Positions 7,949-16,837 of a stretch of DNA of 22,688 bases are shown here, in pieces. This DNA is from Candidatus Nanohaloarchaea archaeon. Its GTDB lineage: Archaea > Nanohalarchaeota > Nanosalinia > Nanosalinales > Nanosalinaceae. The notes below the pieces were generated by a model. The model did no database searches. It was not told the origin of the DNA and worked only from the letters and a program-made list of their open reading frames with translations. The position numbers and the translations under genes were made by a program. Where the stretch lies: assembly GCA_042218075.1 (NCBI GenBank), contig JBDGRK010000020.1, forward strand, positions 1 to 22,688, given 5' to 3'. Within the stretch, counting starts at the first letter, position 1; each line of letters opens with the position of its first letter.

Positions 7949-8452
7949 ATGCGAGAGTTAAGGATACCGGAAGACAGAGTTGGGGTTTTGATCGGTGAGG
8001 ATGGAGAGACCAGGCAAGACATCGAAAAACTCACCGACTGCGAACTCGAGATAGAGGATAATCTTGCAAAAATTGAGGGTGAACCCATCGACGAGATGGA
8101 TGCCTTCAACATGGTGAAGGCGATAGGCAGAGGTTTCAACCCGGAGAAGGCCAAGAGACTGGCTGAGAAAGATGTCATACTCCATCTGATTGATATAAAC
8201 GATTTCGCAAACACTGAAAACTCCAGGGATAGGCTGAAAGGTAGAGTAATAGGAAGGGACGGCGAGACCAGGAGACACCTGGAAAAGGAAGGAAACGTAG
8301 AGATATCTGTGTATGGGAAGACTATCGGTATAATAGGTGTTGCTCAGAACATAGAGATAGTGGGTGAAGTCATCAAGCAGCTTCTGAATGGAAGGTCTCA
8401 CTCATCTGCGTATAACTACTTGGAAAAAAATCGTGCACAGATAAAGAGGTAA
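7949..8452 (+). CDS. KH-domain pre-rRNA processing protein (Dim2/Pno1 family)
   Basis: Motifs IPEDRVGVLIGEDG, AIGRGFNPEKA, RLKGRVIGRDG, GRSHSSAYNYLE; conserved position between rio1 and top6B. Confidence 0.93.
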   Translation: MRELRIPEDRVGVLIGEDGETRQDIEKLTDCELEIEDNLAKIEGEPIDEMDAFNMVKAIGRGFNPEKAKRLAEKDVILHLIDINDFANTENSRDRLKGRVIGRDGETRRHLEKEGNVEISVYGKTIGIIGVAQNIEIVGEVIKQLLNGRSHSSAYNYLEKNRAQIKR

Positions 8453-8482
8453 TTTTTGAAGAAAGGGGTCGAAAACTATACT

Positions 8483-11400
8483 ATGCCTGATGGAATGGAA
8501 CAGCAGATGGAATCGGGAGACCACAGAGAGATATCTGTGGCAGAGTTCTTCGAGAAGAACAAGCACCTTCTTGGTTTCGAAAACGCACAGAAATCGATTA
8601 TCACTGTTGTGAAGGAGGCGGTCGACAACTCTCTGACTTACTCAACGCCTTTCGTGTATAGAAAGGATGGGGAGACTGTACATGGGAAGATAGGTTCTGT
8701 TATAGATCGGATGATAGAGGAAAACAGAGAAAACGTTGAGACGAAGAGAGGCGGAGATCTTGAGAAGCTGAGACTGAAAGAGAGGGATGTAGAGTCTCTA
8801 AGCTTTGATACAGAAAGCTACGACTTGGATTTCAAGGATGTAAGCTCGGTTATGCGACATAAAGTGAACAGCGATATATTTGAAGTCGAGACTGAGGGAG
8901 GAAGAAAGGTGGAGCTGACGGACTATCATAGCGTCTTCGTGCTTAGAGACGGTGAAATAGTTTCAGTCGAGACGAGCGAGCTAGAAGAGAACGATTACAT
9001 AGTTATGCCTAAAGAGAGCTGGGGAGGGTCTAATATTAGAGATATAAATATCTTCAAGGAGCTTATGGCGCTTCCTGAGAGCGAGACAGAGGATCTAGGA
9101 CTTTATGAAGTAGAGAGCCTGATAGAGGAGTACAGGAGTCAAATTGAAGAATATGTAGACGAAAAGTATAGACTCCAAGACTTTAGGAAGTGTGATAGAC
9201 TACCGTTTAATATCGCCAGGAGGCTTGATCTGGATAAATCCGAGATTAGAGGATGTAAGATAGGATTCAAGTTAGGTCCAAACAATATACCGGCGGTAAT
9301 TTCGGCTGGTAGAGACTTAGCGGAGTTACTGGGTATATACGCAGCTGAAGGCTCAGTCACCGGAGGCAGGGAGAGGTATGAAAAAGTCTATTTCTCTCTT
9401 GGAAGCCATGAAAAAAAGTTGATTGATCATGTTGAAGCCTTGGTAGAAAGAGTATTTGGCCTGGAGCCCTCAACCGTGGACGCCCATGAATCTGCAGTAA
9501 ACGTTACAGTTAATTCAAAGGCCGCCGGCCTGGTCATGGAAAATGTATTCGGAATAGAGAACAGGGCTGACGAGAAAACTCTTCCACGTTTTGTCCTGGA
9601 TCTCTCTTCAGATCTCAGGGAGAGGTTCTTTATAGCCTATGCGGCCGGAGACGGCTATCCTACTGAGGAGATTATACCTGTGCTGAGAGATGGAGGAGAT
9701 ATAAGCGATGTAGCTGTAAACAAGATAACAGTTTCTTCTTCCTCCAGAATGCTCTCATCAGGTATGAGATATCTGCTTTCTTCAATAGGGATTGATTCGA
9801 CAGAGGAAAGAGCAGAGCCAGAGAACAGAACTGTAAAAGGAGAAGAAACAGAGTTTGGCGAGTCCTTCCTTGTCCATGTGAGAACTGGAGATACATCATA
9901 TTCAAACAGATTACCGGCTGAAGAGGTACTGGAGAAAGTAAGCAGTCCGAAACTGGAATACAACCTGGAGAATAGAAATCAGCAAAGGGTAGGGGCTTCT
10001 ACAGTTCTCAAAATGAAAGGTGAAAAGAAAGTAGAGTTTAAGGAAGAGGGTCTGAAGATAGCAGAAAGCGATCTGACCGCGGTCCCGATAAAATCGATTG
10101 AAAAGATAGAGTATAACCGGGAATGGGTATACGATGTTTCAGTGCCGGGTGATGAGAACTTTATGGCAGGAAATCACCCTCTCGCATGCCACAACTCGCT
10201 GGACGCATGCGAGGAAGACGAGATACTTCCGGAGATACACGTTCTTATTGACGAGATAGGAGACGACAAGTGCAGGGTTGAGATAAGGGATAACGCGATA
10301 GGACTCGACAGGCAGACGATACCCAAAGTCTTCGGTAAGCTTCTCTACGGATCAAAGTTCCACAAGCTACAGCAGTCGCTTCTTCCCGATCAGAAAGTAT
10401 TGGTTCGTAAGGACGGAGATGTGCAACTGGTGGAGATAGGACAGCTATGTGATGAACTTATAGAGTCTGAAGAAGGTGATAAAACGGCGAAGATAGATCA
10501 GAAAATTGAAGCACCGTGTTTCAAAAGAGCAACCGGCGAAGTTGCATGGAGAGATGTTACGCACGCTATTAGGCACGAAAATAGACATGAGACGTTCAGA
10601 ATTGAAACCTCTAGAGACAGGGAAATAGAAGTAACAGGGAACCACAGTTTGTTTGGGCTGACTAAAGAAGGTGAGATAGAAGAGATAGAGGCCTCTGAAC
10701 TGGGGGAAGGAGATTCAGTGCTATCTCCTCAAAAGATTCCGAATAAAGGAGAGAAAAATTCTCTCAATATTTTATCTCAATTTAAAGCAGATGAGATAGA
10801 AGAAATGCGCTGGTATGTATACGGTGTTTCAGAGGAAAAGCTCCAAGTAATCAAGAAGAAAGGGGAGAAAGTTAGGAAGAAACCATCGCCGGAGTCCAGG
10901 AAAAGAACCTACTATCGATATAAAGGAGTTGACATCCTAAAGGATAGCCTGGAACAGAATTACTTGGAAAAGAACTATCTGCCGGCTGAAAAGCTTCTCA
11001 GACTTGGATGGGAGGATAAAGTAGAGAACGGAAAGCTAAGAACCTATCAGGTGGGAGGGAATGAAAAAGAGATACCATTGAAAATTGATCTGGACTCAGA
11101 ATTTATGAGGTTCTTAGGACTTTTCGCTGCTGAAGGCCATGTGGACGAAAGACAGGCAGGTTTCACATTCGGCAGTCATGAGCAAGAATTTGTTTCAGAA
11201 GTAAGGCAGACTGCTGAAGATAAACTACAGATCTCAACAACTATGAACAAGAGAGAGGGTAATTCGACCAGAGTCAAGATCTTTGGAAGTCCTATTGTCA
11301 AGTTAATGGAGAAACTTTGTGGCAGAGGCGCTCAAAACAAGCATGTCCCGAACTTTGTGTTTGAAACATCGGAATGCAATCAGAAATCGTTCTTAAAGGG

Positions 11401-13333
11401 ACTTATAGATGGAGATGGAAGCACATCGCATCCCGGAAATGAGGTAAGCCTAACTTCAACCAGTAAAAGAATGGCTCAGCAAGTTTCATACCTTATTAAC
11501 ATGCTTGGTGTTGTCGCAAGCTGGAAGGAAAGAAGAAATGACTCCAACATATCGGGAGGAGAGACAGTCACCTATGATGTGCTTGTTCACGGGGAGGATT
11601 TAGAAGTACTAGACTTCGGGCATGACACAGAGAGAAAATCAAAGTACAAGATGCTGCCAGCAGAATTAATGGAGGATCTAAGAGTTAAGGAAGTAAATGC
11701 GATGAGAGTAAGATCAAACAAGGCAGGTCTGTACTATGCTGCAGGATTAGGAAGTAAGCCTCAGTTCTCAAAGAAATTCGTTGAAAAGGTGGAAAAGATT
11801 AAATCACGTGAAGAAGTGGAGGAGGACTACTATCTGAAAGAGTTAAGGAACAGAGGGCTTGTCGAACAGAAAAGTCTCACAAATAAGATGCAGAAGATAG
11901 AGGAAAGAGTTGAGAAGCTACTTGAATTCAGTGAATCCGATCTATGTCTATTGGATGTAAAAGAGATTGAAAAGACGAAATCTCCTGAATACGTCTACGA
12001 TATATCAGTTCCGGGAACGGGAAAAGATGAGAACTTTATAGCAGGCAACCAGGGGGCTCTTTGTGTCAAAAACAGCAGGGGCCAGCAGGGGATCGGAATT
12101 TCCGCCTCCGCGATGTATGCTCAACTTACTGCCGGAGAGCCCGTGACTGTATACTCCAAGATGGAGGGAGAGCCCTGCCACAAGTTTGTGGTGAGGATCG
12201 ACACAGAGGAGAACGAGCCGGAGATAATTGAAGACGAGGTTATAGAATCCGATTCAGAGGAGTTTCCGGGCGATAAAGACTACTACTTTGATCACGGAAC
12301 AACGATAGAAATGAATATAGAGGCCAAGTACACGAAAGGCCACCACTCCGTAAGGAACTACCTGAAGCACACCGCGATCATGAATCCCTACGCGAGAGTA
12401 GTTTTGAGAGAGCCAGACGGAAACAAGATAGAGTATCCAAGAGTCTCTAAAGAACTTCCAGAGAAGCCGAAGGAGATAAAGCCGCATCCTCACGGCGTGG
12501 AGCTGGGAGTAATGATGAGGATGATGGAGAATACAGATGCCAGAACTATCTCATCCTACCTACAGCAGGAGTTTACAAGGGTTGGGAGAACATCAGCGGA
12601 GGAGATATGTGATGAGGCTGAGATTGATACGGGCAGAAGACCTAACACGATGGACAAAGACGAGATAGAACAGCTTTTAAACGCTGCACAGAATGTAAAA
12701 CTGCAGAGTCCGCCGAAGGACTGTCTTTCTCCTATCGGAGAGGATCTAGTATTGAAGGGATTGAAGAAAGAGCTCAACCCGGAATTCTCCACCGCTATAA
12801 CAAGGAAACCTACAGTTTATGGCGGGAATCCGTTCCAGGTGGAAGTGGGACTTGCATGGGGAGGCGACATCGAGGAAGAGGGAAGCTACGATGAACTGAG
12901 GTATGCTAACAAGGTTCCCCTCCTCTACAAGAAATCTTCTTGCGTTACTACCAAAGCGATTGAGGAGGTATCATGGAACCGCTATAATGTCTCACAGGCA
13001 GGTGAGCGACCCCAGGGACCTCTCTACATACTAGTGCACATAGCCTCGGTCTGGGTTCCATTTACTTCAGAAGGAAAGGAGGCTGTAGCCAACTACGACC
13101 CGATCAGGAAGGAGATGAAGCTTGCGCTGCAGGAGGCGGGAAGGAAGCTCGGGAGATACATCGGAAGAAAGGAGAGGAAAGAGATACAGGAGAAGAAGAG
13201 AAGACAGTTAACCTCGTACGCGAAGGAGATGGGTCCGGCGATAGCAGAGCTTGCGGGAGAGGGAGACCCTGAAGAGATAGAAGACAAAATCCAGGAGATG
13301 GTCGAAAACGACTACAACCCTGAACAGCTTTAG
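8483..13333 (+). CDS. top6B: DNA topoisomerase VI subunit B precursor containing two inteins (mature protein about 528 aa from ATG 8483)
   Basis: Exteins rejoin as EISVAEFFEKNKHLLGF...KEAVDN|SLDACEE...LLYGSKFHKLQQ|SRGQQGIGISA..., followed by KPHPHG and RYANKVPL. Adjacent to top6A. Confidence 0.97.
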   Translation: MPDGMEQQMESGDHREISVAEFFEKNKHLLGFENAQKSIITVVKEAVDNSLTYSTPFVYRKDGETVHGKIGSVIDRMIEENRENVETKRGGDLEKLRLKERDVESLSFDTESYDLDFKDVSSVMRHKVNSDIFEVETEGGRKVELTDYHSVFVLRDGEIVSVETSELEENDYIVMPKESWGGSNIRDINIFKELMALPESETEDLGLYEVESLIEEYRSQIEEYVDEKYRLQDFRKCDRLPFNIARRLDLDKSEIRGCKIGFKLGPNNIPAVISAGRDLAELLGIYAAEGSVTGGRERYEKVYFSLGSHEKKLIDHVEALVERVFGLEPSTVDAHESAVNVTVNSKAAGLVMENVFGIENRADEKTLPRFVLDLSSDLRERFFIAYAAGDGYPTEEIIPVLRDGGDISDVAVNKITVSSSSRMLSSGMRYLLSSIGIDSTEERAEPENRTVKGEETEFGESFLVHVRTGDTSYSNRLPAEEVLEKVSSPKLEYNLENRNQQRVGASTVLKMKGEKKVEFKEEGLKIAESDLTAVPIKSIEKIEYNREWVYDVSVPGDENFMAGNHPLACHNSLDACEEDEILPEIHVLIDEIGDDKCRVEIRDNAIGLDRQTIPKVFGKLLYGSKFHKLQQSLLPDQKVLVRKDGDVQLVEIGQLCDELIESEEGDKTAKIDQKIEAPCFKRATGEVAWRDVTHAIRHENRHETFRIETSRDREIEVTGNHSLFGLTKEGEIEEIEASELGEGDSVLSPQKIPNKGEKNSLNILSQFKADEIEEMRWYVYGVSEEKLQVIKKKGEKVRKKPSPESRKRTYYRYKGVDILKDSLEQNYLEKNYLPAEKLLRLGWEDKVENGKLRTYQVGGNEKEIPLKIDLDSEFMRFLGLFAAEGHVDERQAGFTFGSHEQEFVSEVRQTAEDKLQISTTMNKREGNSTRVKIFGSPIVKLMEKLCGRGAQNKHVPNFVFETSECNQKSFLKGLIDGDGSTSHPGNEVSLTSTSKRMAQQVSYLINMLGVVASWKERRNDSNISGGETVTYDVLVHGEDLEVLDFGHDTERKSKYKMLPAELMEDLRVKEVNAMRVRSNKAGLYYAAGLGSKPQFSKKFVEKVEKIKSREEVEEDYYLKELRNRGLVEQKSLTNKMQKIEERVEKLLEFSESDLCLLDVKEIEKTKSPEYVYDISVPGTGKDENFIAGNQGALCVKNSRGQQGIGISASAMYAQLTAGEPVTVYSKMEGEPCHKFVVRIDTEENEPEIIEDEVIESDSEEFPGDKDYYFDHGTTIEMNIEAKYTKGHHSVRNYLKHTAIMNPYARVVLREPDGNKIEYPRVSKELPEKPKEIKPHPHGVELGVMMRMMENTDARTISSYLQQEFTRVGRTSAEEICDEAEIDTGRRPNTMDKDEIEQLLNAAQNVKLQSPPKDCLSPIGEDLVLKGLKKELNPEFSTAITRKPTVYGGNPFQVEVGLAWGGDIEEEGSYDELRYANKVPLLYKKSSCVTTKAIEEVSWNRYNVSQAGERPQGPLYILVHIASVWVPFTSEGKEAVANYDPIRKEMKLALQEAGRKLGRYIGRKERKEIQEKKRRQLTSYAKEMGPAIAELAGEGDPEEIEDKIQEMVENDYNPEQL
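8630..10195 (+). mobile_element. Intein 1 in Top6B (522 aa) with a LAGLIDADG homing endonuclease
   Basis: Starts SLTYSTP; block B LTDYHSVF; block C LLGIYAAEGS; block E AYAAGDG; block F VYDVSVPGDENF; ends CHN followed by extein Ser. Confidence 0.95.
10376..12073 (+). mobile_element. Intein 2 in Top6B (566 aa) with a LAGLIDADG homing endonuclease
   Basis: Starts SLLPDQK; block B VTGNHSLF; block C FLGLFAAEGH; block E FLKGLIDGDG; block F VYDISVPG...ENF; ends VKN followed by extein Ser. Confidence 0.95.
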
Positions 13334-13451
13334 AGGCGACATACTATGAGAAAAACGAAGACAAAACTTCAGAGAAGTTTATTGCAAAAGATTCAAGTGA
13401 ATCTTAGAATCAGAGATATTCTCGAGGTCAGAAACATGAGGTGTATCTGAA

Positions 13452-14582
13452 GTGCCGAAGAAAGACTTAGCCAACGACGAATCCACGCTTGACAAACTAA
13501 CCCATCTGGGACAGAAACTCAGAAGGCAACTGGGAGACCCGGAAGAGGACAACCTGACTATCGAGACACAGGTGAGAAGCAAGTCAAATGTTGAGTTCGA
13601 CGAGGAAGAGGGAAGACTCTCACTTGGAGACTCGTACTCGACAAGGAAGTTCCTCAACATAAGCCATGCGAGAAAGTTCATGCAGACCACGATGGTTGCG
13701 AACAAGGCGAAGGAGCTGGTGGAGTCCGGAAGAACTGCATCGATCAGAGAGGTCTACTACCAGCTGAAGCACTCTGTACCCGGACTCGACGAGAACACGT
13801 TCGAGGACCAGGACGAGTCGAATAATGTTGTGGTGGATATAGAGACCGCTACAGGCGCCATCAGGGAGGATCTACATCTCTTTGCGGAACCGAAGGGAAC
13901 GCTTTTCGGCCCTGTCGTGATAAACGACTCTGGAGACTCGATCGACTGCATGAACATGGGAACTTCGGGACTCTCGATTCCCTCGATTGTCGACCACTAC
14001 GAGTTCGAGGAGTGCGATGCGGATTTTGTGCTAGTGGTAGAGACAGCCGCGATGGTAAACAGGCTTGTTGAAGAGGATTTCCACAAGGAACACAACGCAA
14101 TAATTCTTGGAACAGGAGGCCAGCCGGCGAGAGGAGCCAGAAGATTGATCAACATAATGCACAACCGCCTCGATCTTCCTGTCTATGTGTTCACGGACGG
14201 TGATCCCTGGGGTTACTACATCTACTCCGTGCTGAAGTCAGGGTCAATGTCGCTGGCGTTCCAGTCGGACAGACTCGCGACTCCGGAAGCCAAACTGGTA
14301 GGCATGACGATGGAGGACATCGAGGAGTACGACCTCCACCATGTGACTGAAGACCTGAAAGGCAAGCCGGAGGACTCAGGTGGGCCTACTAAAGACTTCA
14401 AGAGGATCCAGGACGTTATGGAGTACGACTGGATGCAGAAGGAAGAGTGGCAGAAACAGTTCCAGAAGATGCTCGACATGGGAGTAAGGGTAGAACAGCA
14501 GGCTCTAGCCGCCAACTCTCTGGAATTCGTTGCCAACACTTATCTGCCTGAGAAGATTGAGAACAAGGAATTCCTGGACTAG
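13452..14582 (+). CDS. top6A: DNA topoisomerase VI subunit A
   Basis: Motifs SIREVYY (catalytic Tyr), FEDQDESN, LVVET, GQP, FTDGDPWG, EQQAL. SD GAGGTG at 13438-13443 before the GTG start. Confidence 0.97.
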   Translation: MPKKDLANDESTLDKLTHLGQKLRRQLGDPEEDNLTIETQVRSKSNVEFDEEEGRLSLGDSYSTRKFLNISHARKFMQTTMVANKAKELVESGRTASIREVYYQLKHSVPGLDENTFEDQDESNNVVVDIETATGAIREDLHLFAEPKGTLFGPVVINDSGDSIDCMNMGTSGLSIPSIVDHYEFEECDADFVLVVETAAMVNRLVEEDFHKEHNAIILGTGGQPARGARRLINIMHNRLDLPVYVFTDGDPWGYYIYSVLKSGSMSLAFQSDRLATPEAKLVGMTMEDIEEYDLHHVTEDLKGKPEDSGGPTKDFKRIQDVMEYDWMQKEEWQKQFQKMLDMGVRVEQQALAANSLEFVANTYLPEKIENKEFLD

Positions 14583-14623
14583 AAGTTTAAAAGATTCGGC
14601 AACTTTTTGCCTTTATATTACCT

Positions 14624-14788
14624 GCCCAGATAGCTCAGTAGGTAGAGCGCCACGCTGTTAACTCCGCCTTTCTCTCGAGAAAGGTGGTTGAGAAAATCTC
14701 TGATCTTCGACTGCAGCTTTCTTGGTGAAAGCTGCTTGATAGGTCGACAGTTACGTGGTGGTCCCAGGTTCGAATCCTGGTCTGGGCG
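14624..14788 (+). tRNA. tRNA-Asn(GTT) with a 92-nt intron at 37/38 (intron 14661-14752)
   Basis: Acceptor GCCCAGA/TCTGGGC plus G; D arm GCTC/GAGC; anticodon stem CCACG/CGTGG; spliced loop CT-GTT-AA; T arm CCAGG-TTCGAAT-CCTGG. BHB central helix CTGT/ACAG with a TTA bulge. Confidence 0.95.
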
Positions 14789-14823
14789 TCACTCGGCTTG
14801 TTGAACGTCTTCTTGTAGAACTG

Positions 14824-14831
14824 TTTAAGTA
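14824..14831 (+). promoter_or_regulatory. TATA box of the integrase
   Basis: TTTAAGTA about 24-31 nt before ATG 14855. Confidence 0.45.
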
Positions 14832-14854
14832 CCGAACCGAGGCCAACTATAATC

Positions 14855-16111
14855 ATGGGAGACGTTCACAACCGGAAAAAGAACCTGCAAAACACGTTAA
14901 ACAAGATCAGGGAAAACCCTGAACTATCCGAAGAAAACACGAAACTGCTGATAGAATTCAAGGATCACCTGCTCGCGGAAAACATTTCAGTAGAAAGAAC
15001 CTGCCGCTACATGAGCTCATGGAACACATTAGCACCTTTATTCGATTTCTCACTGGAAAACGCGGATAAGAAAGACCTGAAAAAACTGGTCGGGAAAATC
15101 AACCAGGATCAGATCAACGGAAAAGACTATAGTGTGTGGACCCTGGCCGAGTTCAAGAAAGCAGTACGGAAACTATACACGTACCTGGAAGGTGAGGAAG
15201 AACCCGAGCTTGTCGACTTTGTATCCGTCAACGTGAAAGAAACCGACAAACCCCGGACGGATCCATCTGAATTACCACGGCCCTCGGACGTCAAATCCAT
15301 GCTTAAACACGCATCCAATAACAGAGATAGGGCTTTAATCTTTTTCACATGGGATACAGGCGGTAGAATATCAGAAATCCTTAACGTGAAATGGAAAGAT
15401 ATAGAGTTTGGTGAAAACCTGACAAAAGTAAGATTCAGGGAATCCAAGACAGGTGAGAGAAAAGTACATATCCGTGAAAGCGTTGAAACAATTAAACAAT
15501 GGAAACAGGAATCGCCGAACACGGAACCGGACGACTACGTGTTTATCACGTTGAAAGGTTACGGTGAAACCGAGAAAGGCGACCAGATGCCATACAGTAC
15601 CGCCTCACAGATATTCAAGCGTCTAGGGGACGGTGCGGAGCTTGAATGCAAGTATAATCCTCATGCTTTCAGGAAAGGCAGAGCTACGAACATGGCGGGG
15701 CAGGGAATGAATCAGGCGCAGCTATGTGAATACTTTGGATGGGTGCAGGGATCAGACCAGGCCGCAACTTATATCCGTATGGCAGAGCAGGACCTGGAGA
15801 AAGCTGTAAAACAGATTCATGGCCTTGAGGAAACTGAGGAAGAGAAAGAGGATCTTTCTCCTAAGACGTGTGCGTCCTGTGATAGTGTGAATCCTGGTTA
15901 CCGGGATCAATGCAAGGAATGCGGCAACGCCATAACCGAGGACGTGGATAAAGTGATCGAGATGAAAGAGGAAGAGGTAACCAATGAGGTGAAAACGGAT
16001 ATTGTCGAGGAACTGTTTGACAAGATGGGGATGGACCAGGATGAAAGAGAACAGTTTATGGACCGGAAAATGGAGGAAAAGGTAAGTGAAATGGAGTTTT
16101 TCCAGCAGTAA
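14855..16111 (+). CDS. Tyrosine recombinase/integrase with a C-terminal Zn ribbon
   Basis: Catalytic set R (DTGGRISEIL), K (SKTG), HxxR (HAFR), W (FGW) and Y (ATYI); then CASC...CKEC. Confidence 0.95.
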   Translation: MGDVHNRKKNLQNTLNKIRENPELSEENTKLLIEFKDHLLAENISVERTCRYMSSWNTLAPLFDFSLENADKKDLKKLVGKINQDQINGKDYSVWTLAEFKKAVRKLYTYLEGEEEPELVDFVSVNVKETDKPRTDPSELPRPSDVKSMLKHASNNRDRALIFFTWDTGGRISEILNVKWKDIEFGENLTKVRFRESKTGERKVHIRESVETIKQWKQESPNTEPDDYVFITLKGYGETEKGDQMPYSTASQIFKRLGDGAELECKYNPHAFRKGRATNMAGQGMNQAQLCEYFGWVQGSDQAATYIRMAEQDLEKAVKQIHGLEETEEEKEDLSPKTCASCDSVNPGYRDQCKECGNAITEDVDKVIEMKEEEVTNEVKTDIVEELFDKMGMDQDEREQFMDRKMEEKVSEMEFFQQ

Positions 16112-16156
16112 AGGGTTAGATTTGTATATCTTGAGGAGATTATTAGAGAAGTAAAT

Positions 16157-16294
16157 TTGACCGATGTCTTGCAGAATGATAAAGTTGAAAGCAGAAAAGA
16201 TTTAGGATTAATACTTGCAGAGTTTATGAAAGAACAGGAAGTTGCAGATATATTTGATGTAAGCCAACAGGCGGTGAATGACTGGAAGAAGTGA
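16157..16294 (+). CDS. Small HTH protein (45 aa), possible excisionase or regulator, in frame with the integrase
   Basis: From TTG 16157: MTDVLQNDKVESRKDLGLILAEFMKEQEVADIFDVSQQAVNDWKK. QEVADIFDVSQQAVNDW is a classic HTH pattern. Start uncertain; not in the ORF track. Confidence 0.65.
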   Translation: MTDVLQNDKVESRKDLGLILAEFMKEQEVADIFDVSQQAVNDWKK

Positions 16295-16304
16295 GATTGT
16301 AATG

Positions 16305-16321
16305 AAGTTGTTAGACAACTT
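16305..16321. promoter_or_regulatory. Inverted repeat, putative operator or arm-type site
   Basis: AAGTTGT-tag-ACAACTT perfect 7-bp inverted repeat, overlapping a TTGTACAA palindrome, in intergenic DNA. Confidence 0.4.
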
Positions 16322-16388
16322 GTACAACGTAAATGTAAGTCCATGTTTCGATCGCTACAAGTATGCGCATAATAAGAGGTGAATATCC

Positions 16389-16709
16389 ATGTCAGAAAAA
16401 CAGAAAATCTTAATCGGGAAAAAGAATTCGATTGGATTAACCAAGACAATTGAGAAAGTGAGTTCAAGCAATTTTGAGAGTGAGACTGATGTAATCAAGT
16501 ACCTGGATCAAGTACATGGGAAAGGAGAATACACTTTAACCTGGAAGAAGTTTACTGCATTCAGGAAGCTGTGGCAGGGCGAGCTTCGAGAGGTGCCTGC
16601 GGAAAACCGCCTTGAATACAGGACATACGACACCAACGAACTCGAAAGTTTGGGAATCAAACAAGTTACCCTGCCGGATTCTGACTGGGTAGTAATCGAA
16701 AAAACATAG
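16389..16709 (+). CDS. Hypothetical protein
   Basis: 106 aa with a strong SD (GAGGTGA) at 16376-16382; less acidic than host proteins. Confidence 0.75.
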   Translation: MSEKQKILIGKKNSIGLTKTIEKVSSSNFESETDVIKYLDQVHGKGEYTLTWKKFTAFRKLWQGELREVPAENRLEYRTYDTNELESLGIKQVTLPDSDWVVIEKT

Positions 16710-16799
16710 TTGAATTATCGCCTTCACACGCGTGACGCACATACCGGATTCCATCATATAGACATACCTTGCTGCATTTTGCTAACCGGACAAACTGTT

Positions 16800-16808
16800 A
16801 AAAAAAAA
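16800..16808 (-). terminator. Oligo-T terminator of the leftward operon
   Basis: A9 on plus (T9 on minus) about 30 nt downstream of the last minus-strand gene. Confidence 0.5.
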
Positions 16809-16837
16809 GAGTGAAATGAAAGAAGGTTGAATTGGAG

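Noticed and set aside
13346-13450. 34-aa ORF MRKTKTKLQRSLL... between top6B and top6A
   Set aside because: Strongly basic, unlike the acidic proteome, with no motif; probably spurious.
4437-16114. Shared readthrough signal: the three in-frame stops are each followed by ARG (TAA-AAG, TAG-AGG, TAA-AGG)
   Set aside because: Only three cases in purine-rich DNA. The top6B stop has the same context (TAG-AGG) but a basic, non-halophilic in-frame continuation.
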